Positions 1-10,994 of a stretch of DNA of 39,121 bases are shown here, one piece after another. The notes below the pieces were generated by a model that saw only the letters and a program-made list of their open reading frames with translations, did no database searches and was not told where the DNA came from. Each line of letters starts with the position of its first letter. Position 1 is the first letter of the stretch. The translations under genes and the position numbers were made by a program. The DNA is from Chiloscyllium plagiosum. Lineage: Eukaryota. The stretch is taken from positions 88,165,780 to 88,204,900 of the forward strand of contig NC_057718.1 in NCBI RefSeq assembly GCF_004010195.1. The letters run 5' to 3'.

Positions 1-416
1 GGGGTCATGGTCAAGGGGGCGGTAGGAAGAGGTGTCCTGGAGTTGGCGTTTGGCTTCAGCGATGTAGTCAAGGGGGCGGTAGGAAGAGGTGTCCTCGAGT
101 TGGCCTCATCCTAGTTTCTAACCTCCAGCAACACGATCCCCTGACTTGTCCGGGCTTGTCGGACCTGCCCAGCTCCTTTTCCACCTATCCACTCCACCCT
201 CTCCTCCCTGACCTATCACCTTCATCTCCTTCCGCACTGACCTATTGTACTCTATGCCACTCTCTCCCCACCCCCACCCTCCTCTAGCTTATCTCTCCAC
301 GCTTCAGGCTCTCTGCCTTTATTCCTGATGAAGGGCTTTTGCCCGAAACGTCGATTTTGCCTGTCCTCGGATGCTGCCTGAATTGATGTGCTCTTCCAGC
401 ACCACTGATCCAGCAT
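1..416. mobile_element. Penelope-like element fragment: probable inverted piece (1-104) joined to a + strand terminal repeat (105-416)
   Basis: Pyrimidine-rich leader, hammerhead and gatgctgcctga...ttccagcaccac tail shared with many copies in the window. Confidence 0.7.
325..352 (+). ncRNA. Minimal type I hammerhead ribozyme motif (Penelope-like element associated)
   Basis: CTGATGA-A-GGGC tttt GCCC-GAAA-CGTC; intact core and palindromic ACGT stem III; weak stem I. Confidence 0.75.
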
Positions 417-1410
417 CTTCCTCCTTCAGGCTGCTGAGCACAGACCTCTCCTTTTGACCCTTCTGGAAGAGGTGTGAGCAGAACTCATCCTGCCCCACAG
501 TGTGGACTCTGGACTGGAAGATTATCTTGGAGGCCTCCGAGGCCAAAGACCGAGGTTGGGTGGCCCCTCACTCCTGGAGATCCTCCGTGACATTGACCCC
601 CATCGTCTGCTGCAGGAGTAGGTTTTGCATACTTCTCTGGAGTTTGGACAATTTTCCCCATCTCTCTCTCTCTCTCTCACCTTCTGAACACCTGAAAGGA
701 TAAAGAACCTCTTGATGTTTCCCTTGATTGTTTCCCATCAGTTTGCTGGATACACACAAGTTCTTGGAGAACCTTTTTTTAAAATGTATTAATTTGTGAG
801 ATGTGTCATTGCTGGCTGGGCCAGCGTTTATTGCCCGTCCCTGGTTGCCTTTGAGAAGGTGGTGGTGAGCTGCCTTCTTGAACAGCTGCAGTCCATCTAT
901 TGTGGGTTAACCCACAATGCCATTAGGGCGGGATTTCCAGAGAATTCCAGTGTATAATCCCTTTTGAACTCCTCAATGTTTTCTGGCATCAACAGTTTCA
1001 GATGCCACATTCCCTTGCTGATCCACTGGTCATTCTGCAGATGTCAGTTGATCAGCAGGAGGCAGTGTCAGAGAAAGAACACTGGCTTGATGTCAGCGGA
1101 TCTGATTGAAAATGCGCGAGTCACAAACAGGAAATCTATCAATGAGTGGATAGATCCAACTGGCCGTGACCTGGTGTATCTACACTGTGCTTTGTCTGCA
1201 GGAGTGCTGAAGACATCATACAGCTTGATGACTTTAACCATTCCCATCAGGAATCTGAACATGCTGTCAGCCCATCCAGATTGTCCATCTGCATCAATAA
1301 TGCAGCCCATGCCTCTGGCCAGAATGCCCAGCCTGGACATCGTCAAAGCTGACACTAAATGAGCCTACTCCAGATGTTTGTCCTGGATCACGATGGCATT
1401 GAAGGGGTCA
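417..1410 (-). mobile_element. Decayed Tx1/L1-clade LINE ORF2 fragment (APE endonuclease C-terminus and linker), interrupted at ~775-950 by another LINE 3' end
   Basis: Minus-strand peptides CIIDADG...RYTRSRPVGSIHSLIDFLFV...IKPVFF and ASKIIFQSRV...CSHLFQK...SSLKEED, with frameshifts. Confidence 0.75.
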
Positions 1411-2966
1411 CCTACCATGCCATCTTCATTATGTGTTAACAAATTTGGGATTTTGTAATGAATATGTGAATAACAAACCCTAGTTCCCTCAGACAAACTT
1501 TGTCACTGCTAGTAAAGATTACTAGTTCTAATAAACCCTTACAATTAATCGATTTCCTGAGCTTTAAAAAATTTGGAGCAAAATACTTAACCCGGCAATA
1601 AGGTTCCCTGTCATATTACCTTTCAGTTGTGGTTGTGAGGATTTCACGGAACTGAGTTGGCAGTGGTTTCCTATCTCTTCTCTGCCACCCAATCCCACCA
1701 TCTTTTAATTCCTGCTATCCTGGAGGCTGATAAAGTTAGCAAAAGAAAGGAATACCTCCTTTCCCTGCTTGCCAAATTCCTAGCTTTATACTTTGTTACA
1801 TGCTACACACTGCCTCATGCACTCATCCATTTTCCCCTCACCAACCTCTACTCCTTTCATCCTTGACTCTCGCCCACTCAGCTGGTTGTCTCCAGCTTGT
1901 CTGCATGTGAGAGAGCTGGAATGGAGAGAATTGGTCATCAGTTTCTGAAAGTGGGCAGCCCCGCGATTGGTTGGTATTTAGTAAACTGTGACCTGTCAGT
2001 TTTACTCGTGGTCTCTCTGGTTGAGCTGTTTCCAACATTTCAAACAGCGTTGTGGGTTTCCAGACAGTCAGGTTGACATCAAATGAGAACTGTCAGTGGA
2101 AATGTAAAACTGACAGTTCTGGTTTTCTTCTTAGTTTGACTGGACAGAAAAACACGAAGTTGCCTGAAGGTTGGGTGTAACTATCAGTGAGACTGACAAG
2201 TTATTTTTAGAGTTGGGAGGCTGGAAACTAGAGTCCAGAAAGCAAATTTCCAAAATCTCAAAGTCAGATGTCCACCATTTGGCAGGAATTTCTCATTCCT
2301 AAAGTAAGAAATAGTTCTTAACGCGGCAAAAAAAACAAAGTACTGTAGCAATTCTGGGAACATCTGTCAAGAGAGAAACAGAATTAACATTTCGAGTCTG
2401 ATGATTCATCCTTCTTCTGAACTGTTGACAAAAGGGACAGAGCGGAACAATAAATGTGCTCCACAAGTAGTCCCAAAATATATAAAATCCCACTTCATCC
2501 ACCAAGATGACCAATTTACCTGACTGACTGCTATTCTGAATAAAAGCTACTCACACCAGGTTTCATCATTAACACAAAATAACTATATTTATTGTAGCAC
2601 TCTTCATTCTAACTAATGGTAGAGAAAAGAAAGTATTCTAAATCTACTACTAGATGACTTAACCAGACCCACTTTTAAAAAGATTTTTCATTTTGAAGAT
2701 AGGAGGAGGAAAGGGTAATTTGATACACATGGGTGGAGGATAAAGTGAACTCGGAACAAAATTCTGAAGATCAATGTCTAGATTATGAGTGGGTTACCTT
2801 GCCTTACACAGTTCCTTTTGATGTTTAGCATTTGTTGCATGTCGTATCTGTAAAACAATAGTTGATTCGGTGAACCTATATCTTTTCTTGGTAGAATTGT
2901 TTCTTTTAAGCTTTCTTGGTATTCTTGTATTTTCACCCAGTGTGGAAAGAGAGATGTTTTCAGATT

Positions 2967-3343
2967 GCACAGTGGCTCAGTGGTTAGCACTGCTGCCTCA
3001 CAGCGCCAGGGAACAGGTTTGACTCTAGGGTGACTGTCTGTGTAGAGTTTACACATTCTACCTGTGTCTGCGTGGGTTTCCTCAGGATGCACCGGTTTCT
3101 TCCCACAGTCCAAAGCTGTGCAGGTTAGGTGAATTGGTCATGTTAAATTGCCCATATTGTTCAAGGATGTGATAGCTAGGTGTGTAGGTTAGGTGCATTA
3201 GTCAGGGGACATGTAGAGCAATAGGGTAGGGGTAATGGGTCCGGGTGGGATACTCTTCGGAGGGTCACTGTGGACTTGTTGGGCCAAATGGCCTGTTTCC
3301 ACAATGTAGGGATTCTATGATGATTCTATAATGATGATGATGA
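2967..3343 (+). mobile_element. tRNA-derived SINE (HE1-like)
   Basis: A-box-like GTGGCTCAGTGGTTAG head, conserved body, CR1-like tail ending in GATTCTAT/ATG repeats; paralogues at 7568, 11169, 23228 and 34159. Confidence 0.85.
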
Positions 3344-3797
3344 AAGCACCGATGTCTCTGTCTCTGCCTGGCATCTTTAGATTTGTAGTAAACTGCAGTT
3401 CACCGAATCTGAGGGCTGTCACCATAGAGTCGTACAGCACAGAAACAGACCTTTTGGTCCAACCAACCCATGCTGACCATAATCCCAAACTAAACTAGTC
3501 CCACTTTCCTGTGCTTGGCTCAGTCTCTCTAGTCCTTTATGTACTTATCTATATGTCTTTTAAACCTAATAACTTCCTCTGGAAATGCATTCCATACATG
3601 AATCACTCTCTGTGTAAAAAAAATGCCCATGTCCTTCTTAAATCTTTCTACTCTCTGTTTAAAATTATGACCTCAGTCTTGAAAGCCCCCACCTCAGAGA
3701 AACATCTGCCATTCACCTTATCTACATTCCTCATAATTTTATAAGCCTCTATAAGGTCATCTTGCAACCTTCTACCCTCCAGTGAAAAAAGACCCAA

Positions 3798-3837
3798 GCA
3801 CTGATGATGTCGCCTAGCCAGGGGACGAAACGTTTGC
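3798..3837 (+). ncRNA. Minimal hammerhead ribozyme motif, second family
   Basis: GCA-CTGATGA-T-GTCgCCT agcc AGGgGAC-GAAA-CGTT-TGC; stem I GCA/TGC; GUU triplet. Confidence 0.75.
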
Positions 3838-3911
3838 AACAAAAACTTCCAGCTCGGCGAACAGAACCACAACAACGAGCACCCGAGCTACAAATCTTCG
3901 CACAAACTTTG
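3798..3911 (+). mobile_element. 114-bp Penelope terminal-repeat insertion with 9-bp TSD
   Basis: AAGACCCAA at 3789-3797 and 3912-3920; its 3' ~50 nt match the end of the RT-bearing element at 24918-25797. Confidence 0.85.
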
Positions 3912-4046
3912 AAGACCCAACCTATCCAGCCTCTCTTTATACTCAAACCCTCTCGCAAAATCGTGGTGTATCGGCTGAACCCTCTCCAGCTTAATATTCT
4001 GCCTGTAACATGGTGACCAAAACTGGACACAGTTCTCCAGAAGAGG

Positions 4047-4251
4047 AGAAAGTGAGGACTGCAGATGCTGGAGATCAGAGCTGAAAAATGTGTTGCTGGA
4101 AAAGCTCAGCAGGTCAGGCAGCATCCAAGGAGCAGGAGAATCGACGTTTCGGGCATAAGCCCTGAAGAAGGGCTCATGCCCGAAATGTCGGTTCTCCTGC
4201 TCCTTGGATGCTGCCTGACCTGCTGCGCTTTTCCAGCAACACATTTTTCTA
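4047..4251. mobile_element. Fold-back (palindromic) Penelope-like terminal-repeat insertion
   Basis: Inverted arms of ~80 bp around ~4165; TSD CTCCAGAAGAGG at 4035-4046 and 4252-4263. Confidence 0.85.
4162..4189 (+). ncRNA. Minimal hammerhead motif at the centre of a fold-back insertion (stem III CpG decayed)
   Basis: CTGAAGA-A-GGGC tcat GCCC-GAAA-TGTC. Confidence 0.65.
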
Positions 4252-4567
4252 CTCCAGAAGAGGCCTCATCACTTCTTGTACGACCTCAACATGACGTCCC
4301 AACTCCTATACTGAAAGATCTCAGCAATAAAGACAAGTGTTCTCAACACCTTCTTAGCCACCCTAGCTATATATGATGCAAACTTCAAAGAATTATGGAC
4401 TAGAACACCAAGTCTCTCTGCTCTACAATACTTCCCATGACCCTACTTTTAGTTGTATTCGTCCTGCTTTTGTTTGTTTTGCCAAAATACAATACTTCAA
4501 TTTATCCAAAATTAAACTCCATCTGCTGCTCAAGGTCTCTTTGTAATCTTAGATAACCTTCTTCACT

Positions 4568-4767
4568 CCCACCAAAAGAGAAAATGCTGGAAAATCTCAG
4601 CAGGTCTGGCAGCATCTGTAAGGTGAGAAAAGAGCTGACGTTTCGAGTCTAACTGACCCTCGAAATGTCAGCTCTTTTCTCACCTTACAGATGTTGCCAG
4701 ACCTGCTGAGATTTTCCAGCATTTTCTCTTTTGGTTTCAGATTCCAGCATCCGCAGTAATTTGCTTT
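4568..4767. mobile_element. Fold-back insertion of the U3-A8 family terminal repeat
   Basis: Near-perfect inverted arms ~4572-4645 and ~4658-4734; TSD TAACCTTCTTCACT at 4554-4567 and 4768-4781. Confidence 0.85.
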
Positions 4768-5541
4768 TAACCTTCTTCACTGTCCACCATACAACCAATC
4801 TTGGTGTCATCCACAAACTTACTAACAATGCCTTCTATATTCTCATCCAAATCATTTACATAAATGACAAACAAAAGTGGACCCAGCACCGGTCCCCATG
4901 GAACACTGCTGGCCACAGGTTTCCAGTCCAAAAAGCAACCATCACTCTCTGTCTCCTGCCATTAATCTAATTTTGGATCCAGTTGTGTGTGTGTGTGTAT
5001 ACATATATAGAGAGAAAGAGAGTACCAAGATTCTTGTAATCAAGGAAAGATTACCTGACATATATCCTTTACATATTCATACACAAGAATCTTGGTACCA
5101 TTCTGCCTGAAAGTATCCCCCTCACTGCTTTGCTTTGAAAAGCAATATTGTCATTTACAGCTAAAAGTATCCACCACTTGACCTTCCTAAATTGGAAATC
5201 CCTCCTGATATTTCAGCTATACAGGAGTGTCCAATTGCTATTCCAGTTTATAGTCCAAACAGGAAAAATACATTGTCCCATACACTTTAGGTTCTCCATG
5301 TTTCTGTTCTAGTTTTTGAATGCTCCTTTTTTCTATTAGTTATGACTTTAAATGCTTCAAGAAGTAACTTGTAACTTATTCTCTCTCTTTCCACACCTAC
5401 ATTTATAGCAAGTTTTAAGTATCACTTTTGCAGATGAGGGTTTAGTGAGGGGTCTGTTTCAAAAGAAGTTGTAAAATTCAGTAGTAACACTCCGGAGAAG
5501 ATCTAAATAAAAAGGTGAGAATCCAACCTAAATTATGTATA

Positions 5542-5866
5542 AAAGCAAATTCTGCCCTCTGCTTCTGCCCTCCCCTCTGCTTCACCCATCCCCCACATAT
5601 TTTGTCACATAGCACTGGCTTCAGCCTTGGTCATTCACAGCTCCTAATCTCTTTATAATCTCTTTATGCACTGTCATTATCACCTCTTTATTGCTACCTT
5701 TGCTTCTGGAGCCACGACTCACCTTCTCTCAGCCTAGTATTTCTCTATTTCTCCCTTTTTTTAGCTTTGACAAAGGGTCAGTTAGACTCGAAACGTCAGC
5801 TCTTTTCTCTCTTTACAGATGCTGCCAGACCTGCTGAAATTTTCCAGCATTTTCTCTCTTTGGGTT
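5542..5866 (+). mobile_element. Penelope-like terminal-repeat insertion (U3-A8 family)
   Basis: TSD CTAAATTATGTATA at 5528-5541 and 5867-5880; begins with a 10-nt inverted copy of the family 3' end (AAAGCAAATT). Confidence 0.8.
5763..5801 (+). ncRNA. Minimal hammerhead motif with U3-A8 core variant
   Basis: AGCT-TTGACAA-A-GGGTC agtta GACTC-GAAA-CGTC-AGCT; stems I and II pair fully. Confidence 0.7.
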
Positions 5867-6174
5867 CTAAATTATGTATATATTTGTGATGGTGTCAGTA
5901 TTTTAAGGACTTGTCTTTGATAGTCGCTGTTGTTTCTTTTTCATAATACATTTATACAGCTTTACGTTTTTTATTGAGTGTTTTTGACTGGACAAATGCA
6001 AAATTTGTAACCTCGTATTCTGCCTTGGTTGCAATTATTAATCTAGACCCCCTTCATTCACACATAGTTTTGTACCAGGAAGGGATGGATTTCTTGTAGT
6101 TGATTGACATCAGTTGATTCTCATTTGAGCATTGATCAGGTTGGCTAGCTCCCTGTTAGGTTAAGCAGGAGGCT

Positions 6175-6775
6175 AGCAGAACACAACAAGCCAGACAGCA
6201 TCAGGAGGTGGCAAAGGCAACATTTCGGGTAGAACGCTTCTTCAGGACTTGGGGTGAGTGTAAGGGGAGCTGCAGATAAAGGGGGTGGGGTTGGGGGTGA
6301 GATAGGAACAAGTTGAACACAGGTAGAGGGTATGACCTGATTGGTTGATGGGACGAATGAATCCAGCTGATAGCTGGAAGGAAGGGCCGGTGAGAGGAAT
6401 GGAAGGAAGGGGGCGGGGTTGGGAAGGAAGTCAGGGAATGGGAAGGGAGGTTATTTGAAACTGGAGAACTCAATGTCGGCTGCCCAGGCGGAAGACGAGG
6501 TGTTGTTCCTCCAATTTGCGGTTTGGTTCAATGTGGCAATGGAGGAGGCCAAGGGTGGCCATGTTGAAGAGGGAATGTGAAGGGGAATTAAAATGGACGG
6601 TGACTGGGAGGTCAGGTAGGCTGAGAAACTCGGCAAAACATGCTGAGTTTACATCTGGTCTCCCAGGCACCTTCCCCTGCAAACCATTCCCTTCAGCAAT
6701 CCTTGGTTGGTGCCAGTCTCCCCACCACTCCCCCCCCCCCCCCCTCGAACCTCCAGACACCTTCGCCTGCAACAT
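6175..6775 (-). mobile_element. Penelope-like (Neptune-type) fragment with GIY-YIG C-terminus and decayed hammerhead (6219-6245); short inverted piece at ~6660-6775
   Basis: LPVTVHFNSPSHS...LGLLHC...RKLEEQHLVFRLG on the minus strand, homologous to 15890-16110. Confidence 0.75.
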
Positions 6776-7567
6776 GTATCCAGTTAGGACATCCAGTTCA
6801 ACTGAGAAGTTGAATTCTGAATTGGTGTGAATAGGACTGAACTAGTCCTAGGAGGAGATGTCAGGACTCCTATGGCACAGTGCTAAAGCTCCTATATCTG
6901 AGTCTGGAAGCCTAGATTCATGTCCCACCTGCTCCCTAAATGTGTGAGATAACATCTTTGGAAAGGTTGATCAGAAAATATCCAAAAGGAGGTGTCAGTT
7001 TTCTTACTTTTGTGTTTCCTTAAGATCTTCTTATAAATCTAATTCTGGCCAGGTTTTGTTGTTCCCTCACTTTTCCAATATCTATGTAGTCTGGTGTCAA
7101 ATATTATTCGATAACACTACCATTAAGCATCTTGGAATGTTTTACAATGTTAATGGTTCCACATAAATGAAGTTGATTCTTGTTCAGTTAGGAGTCCTCA
7201 ACCTGAGTGTGCATTGCTGTTTGAAAACTGTCTTCTTCTACAAAATGTTTAATCACATAATTCTACACCAACTGTTTGTGGAATGAAGACAGAAATGAAA
7301 AGTAAAGTGTTTGCCTCCTCTCTCATTTTGTGTCTGGAATGCAGAATATTAAATTAGACTGCATGTGACTAATTGCTTTAAATGGTGAAACCCGTGATGT
7401 CTAATGCAGAATATTTCAAAAGACAAAGTTCGTATTAAAATGCTGAATCTGTCTTAAATGGCAGATTTCTCCAAGAATAGGATGGGATCTCTCTCTCTGC
7501 TCTGGTTTACAAGCATCTTGGAAAATGTTCATCTCTCATGAAGCTCATAATATAATTATTTCAGGGA

Positions 7568-7750
7568 ATCATAGAATCCCTACAGTGTGGAAACAGGCCA
7601 TTTTGGCCCAACAAGTCCACACCGACCCTCTAAAGAGTAACCCATTCAGATCTATTCCCCTACCCTAATATTTGCCCCTGACTAATGCATCTTGCCTACA
7701 CATCCCTGAACACTATGGGCAATTTAGCGTGGTCAATTCACCTAACTTGC
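7568..7750 (-). mobile_element. Partial HE1-like SINE (3' half)
   Basis: Reverse complement of the tail of the 2967-3343 SINE. Confidence 0.8.
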
Positions 7751-8007
7751 AGAAGGTATGGTACTCGAGGTCTTAAAATGCTTAAAGATAGATAAATGCT
7801 TGGGACCTGATCAAGTGTATTTCAGGACATTGTGGGGAGCTAGGGAAGAAATTATAGGCCCCCCGGGCAGAGATATTTATATTATCTACAGCCACAGGTG
7901 AGGTAATGGAGGATTGGAGCATGGCTAATATTGTGTCTTTACTTAAGTAAGGCTGCAAGAAAAAGCCAGGGAACTATAGATCAGTGCGCCTGATATCAGT
8001 GGTGGGT

Positions 8008-8175
8008 GAGAGTCGAAAAGTGTGGTGCTGGAAAGGCACAGCCGGTCAGGCAGTATTTGAGGAGCAGGTGAGTCGACTCTCCTGTTCCTCAGATGCTGCC
8101 TGATCTGCTGTGCTTTTCCAACACTGCACTTGTTGACTCTGATCTCCAGCATCTGCAGTCCTCACTTTCTCCTAG
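8008..8175. mobile_element. Fold-back Penelope-like insertion centred on GAGTCGACTC
   Basis: TSD TCAGTGGTGGGT at 7996-8007 and 8176-8187; inverted arms meet at 8074/8075. Confidence 0.85.
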
Positions 8176-8311
8176 TCAGTGGTGGGTAAGTGGTTGGAGG
8201 GGAGTCTGAGTGATAGGATTTATGTGCATTTGGAAAGGCATGGACTGGTTAGAGATAGTCAGCATGGCTTTGTGTGTGGGAAATTGTGTCTCATAAACTT
8301 GACTGAATTTC

Positions 8312-8339
8312 CTGATGAAGGGCTTTTGCCCGAAACGTC
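8312..8339 (+). ncRNA. Minimal hammerhead ribozyme motif
   Basis: CTGATGA-A-GGGC tttt GCCC-GAAA-CGTC at the 5' edge of a ~130 bp insertion into a CR1 fragment. Confidence 0.72.
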
Positions 8340-8599
8340 GACTCTCCTGCTTCTCGAATGCTGCCTGACCTGCTGTGCTATTCCAGCACCACACTCTTGA
8401 CTCTAATCTCCAGCATCTGCAGTCCTCAGTTTTGTTGAATTGTTTTGAGGATATGTCCAAGAAGGATATGAGGGCAGAGCAGGAGACGTTGTCTACATGG
8501 ACTTTATCAAGACCTTCAACAAAGTTCCGCATGGTAGACTGGTTTGTAAAGTTAGATCACGTGGGATCCTGAGTAAAAAATAATTTCTCATTTTTGTTC

Positions 8600-9135
8600 T
8601 AAGTGCCTTTCCCCCCCACAATTTGGAAACTGTATCCCAAGGTTGTAGATTCCCCAACCTGGAAATCATCTTACCTGCATCTACCTTGCCTATCCTTTAT
8701 ACATTTTGTAAATTTCAATTAGATCACCTCTCCTTTTTTGAAACAGTAGAGAATAAATATAGATCCAGTTTCCCCAATCTCTCTTCATTGGGCAGTTCTG
8801 CTATCCTGGGAACAAAACTATAATCTTTTTTGTACTGCTTCTGTGGCAATAATATTCTCCACAAGGTAAGACGACAAAAACTGCACATAGTACTCCAGGT
8901 GCAATCTAAACAAGGATCTAAACAACTGAAGTAAGACTTTGCTACTCATGTACTGAAATCCCCTTGTGATAAAGAATTACATACCAGGAACCTTCCTAAT
9001 TGCCTGATGAACTTGTGTGTTAGCCTCCAGTGATGCATTGACAAGGACACCCAAGTTCTTCTGTATATCTACACTTTCCAACCTCTCACCATTTCAGATA
9101 TAGTCTACACATTTCATCCTACCAAAATGGATAAC
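8600..9135 (-). mobile_element. Decayed CR1-like fragment
   Basis: aaaactgcacatagtactccagg and neighbouring motifs parallel the other minus-strand CR1 copies. Confidence 0.65.
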
Positions 9136-9171
9136 TAGTCTACCTAACCCTTTTAATACCTCTCATAAGTC

Positions 9172-9580
9172 AGCTGTGACTCAGTTCTGGTATTGCTGCC
9201 ACTGGGTCATGAGATTCTGGTCTCTAGTCCCACTCCAGTGCTTTAAAACAAGAATTAAGGATGGCATTCCAGCGCAGTGTCAGGGGTGCGGTCTTTCAGA
9301 TAAGGATGTTAAACTATGCTCCCTTCTGCCCTTTTAGGTTGATATAAAACATCCATTATTGCTATATTAAAATGGAGCAGTGGAATTATTCCCATTGTCT
9401 TGGCCAACTTCTATCCTTTAATTAACATCAGAAAATGATTTAGTAATCGTCATATTGTTGTTTATGAAAGCTCATTATTTGCAAGTGTACTGTTGTGTTT
9501 CCTACAATGAACATAGTTCACAGGTCGTTTAGCAACTTTTAAGCATTTTGTAAGATCCTATGATTGCAAAATTAAATAAG
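9172..9580 (+). mobile_element. Old Deu-domain SINE (SacSINE1/AmnSINE1-like)
   Basis: ggtgcggtctttcagat...gttaaac...tgtcttggccaa...tgtttcctaca pattern resembles the Deu core as recalled; related fragments at ~18640-18740 (-), ~24820-24900 (+) and ~34545-34815 (-). Confidence 0.6.
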
Positions 9581-10119
9581 TGCACTTTAAACAATATTTA
9601 AATGCTGCAGAGAAAATGCAGCACTAGAATACCAACTTCGACCAGTTACAAGGTAGTTTATGGTTTTGTAATTAAAAATAATCAGAATAGTTTGTGATAA
9701 AGCAGTATATATAATATGCAGTAGGAAGAATAACTGCCTCTGAAACTCAAGTTCCACCAGAATAATGCTGGGAAGTTTTAAGATTAATATAGACTAATGA
9801 ATCCACCACATTTTAAACAATTCTGAGGCTGACAACAGTTTGAAGCAGTTGCTTAGGATTTGAGAAGAATTGGTTGGTGCTGAGGCTAAGCTAGTGTAGG
9901 TCTCCTTTAACAGAATCAGGGGAGGCATTGTTGAGGGTAGAAGGTGTTGGCAGTATTGAATGGGTAGCTGAACACATGGGGATAGAATCACTGAGATCTA
10001 CAGCACAGAAAAAGGGCCTTTAGTCCATTGTTCCATGCCAGACAAAAAATCCAACTAATCCCATTTGCCAACATTTGGCCCATTTACTTGTGCACATGAG
10101 ATACCAAGACATACATCTA

Positions 10120-10990
10120 AATACTGCGTAAGATAGGTGGAGGGGCAGGTAGTATTGAGGCAGCAGGGAGCTGCAGAAAGATTTAGACAGGTTAGGAGTG
10201 TGGGCTAAGAATTGGCAGTTGAAACACAATGTGGGAAAGTGTGAGGTAGGAAGAAGAGGCATGGACTATTTTCTAAATGAGGAGAAAATTCAGAAATCTG
10301 AAGTACAAAGGGACTTGTGCGTCCTCGTACAGGATTCTTTTCAGGTTAGCTTGCAGGTTGAATTGATAATTAGGAAGGCAAATACAATGTTGTCATTCAT
10401 CTCGAGAGAACTAGAATATAAAAGCAGGGATGCACTGCTGAGACTTTATAAGGCTCTGGACAGACCACATTTAGAGTATTGTGAGCAATTTTGTGCCCCA
10501 TACTTCAGGAAGGATGTAATATCCCTGGAGTGGGTCCAGAGGAGGTTCACGAGAATGATCCCAATAATGTAAGGCTTAACATATGAGGAACGTTTGAGGA
10601 CTCTGGCACTATACGCGATGGAGTTTAGAAGGATGAGGAGGGATCTGATTGAAACTTACGGAGTACTGAATGGCCTGGACAGAGTGGATGTTGGAAGATG
10701 TTTCCATTGGCAGGAGAGATGAGGACCTGAGGGCACAGCCTTAGAGTAAAGGGAAGACCCTTTAGAATGGAGATAAGGAGAAGCTTTTTTAGCTAGAGTG
10801 GTGAATCTGAGGAGGCCAGGTCATTGAGTATTTTTAAGACAGAAATAGATATGTTCTTGATTACCAAGGGATCAAAGGTTTATGGGGAGAAAGTGTGAAA
10901 ATGGGTTTGAAAACTCTACCAACCATGATCCAATGGTGGAGCACACTCGATGGGCTAAATAGCCTAATTCCTGTTTCTATGGTCTTATTG
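10120..10990 (+). mobile_element. CR1-like LINE 3' end
   Basis: WAKNWQLKHNVGKCEV...[40 protein letters not shown]; tail ...gtttctatggtcttat. Confidence 0.9.
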
Positions 10991-10994
10991 ACTT

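Larger units (their letters stand above)
3423..4985 (-). mobile_element. CR1-like LINE 3' portion hosting three nested Penelope-like insertions
   Basis: Minus-strand LENCVQFWSPCY...LERVQ and LGLFSLEGRRLQDDLIEAYKIMR, typical of the CR1 ORF2 C-terminus. Confidence 0.85.
7752..8575 (+). mobile_element. CR1-like RT fragment with two nested Penelope-like insertions (8008-8175 and ~8310-8435)
   Basis: IYVHLERHGLVRDSQHGFVCGKLCLINLTEF, typical of CR1 RT. Confidence 0.85.

Noticed and set aside
2967..3040. tRNA genes at SINE heads (also 11169, 23228, 34410-34482)
   Set aside because: A/B boxes continue into SINE bodies and no complete cloverleaf is evident.
2420..5490. Possible LTR hosting the nested SINE/CR1 cluster, ending GTAACA near 5488
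   Set aside because: No matching 5' terminus or TSD could be identified by eye.
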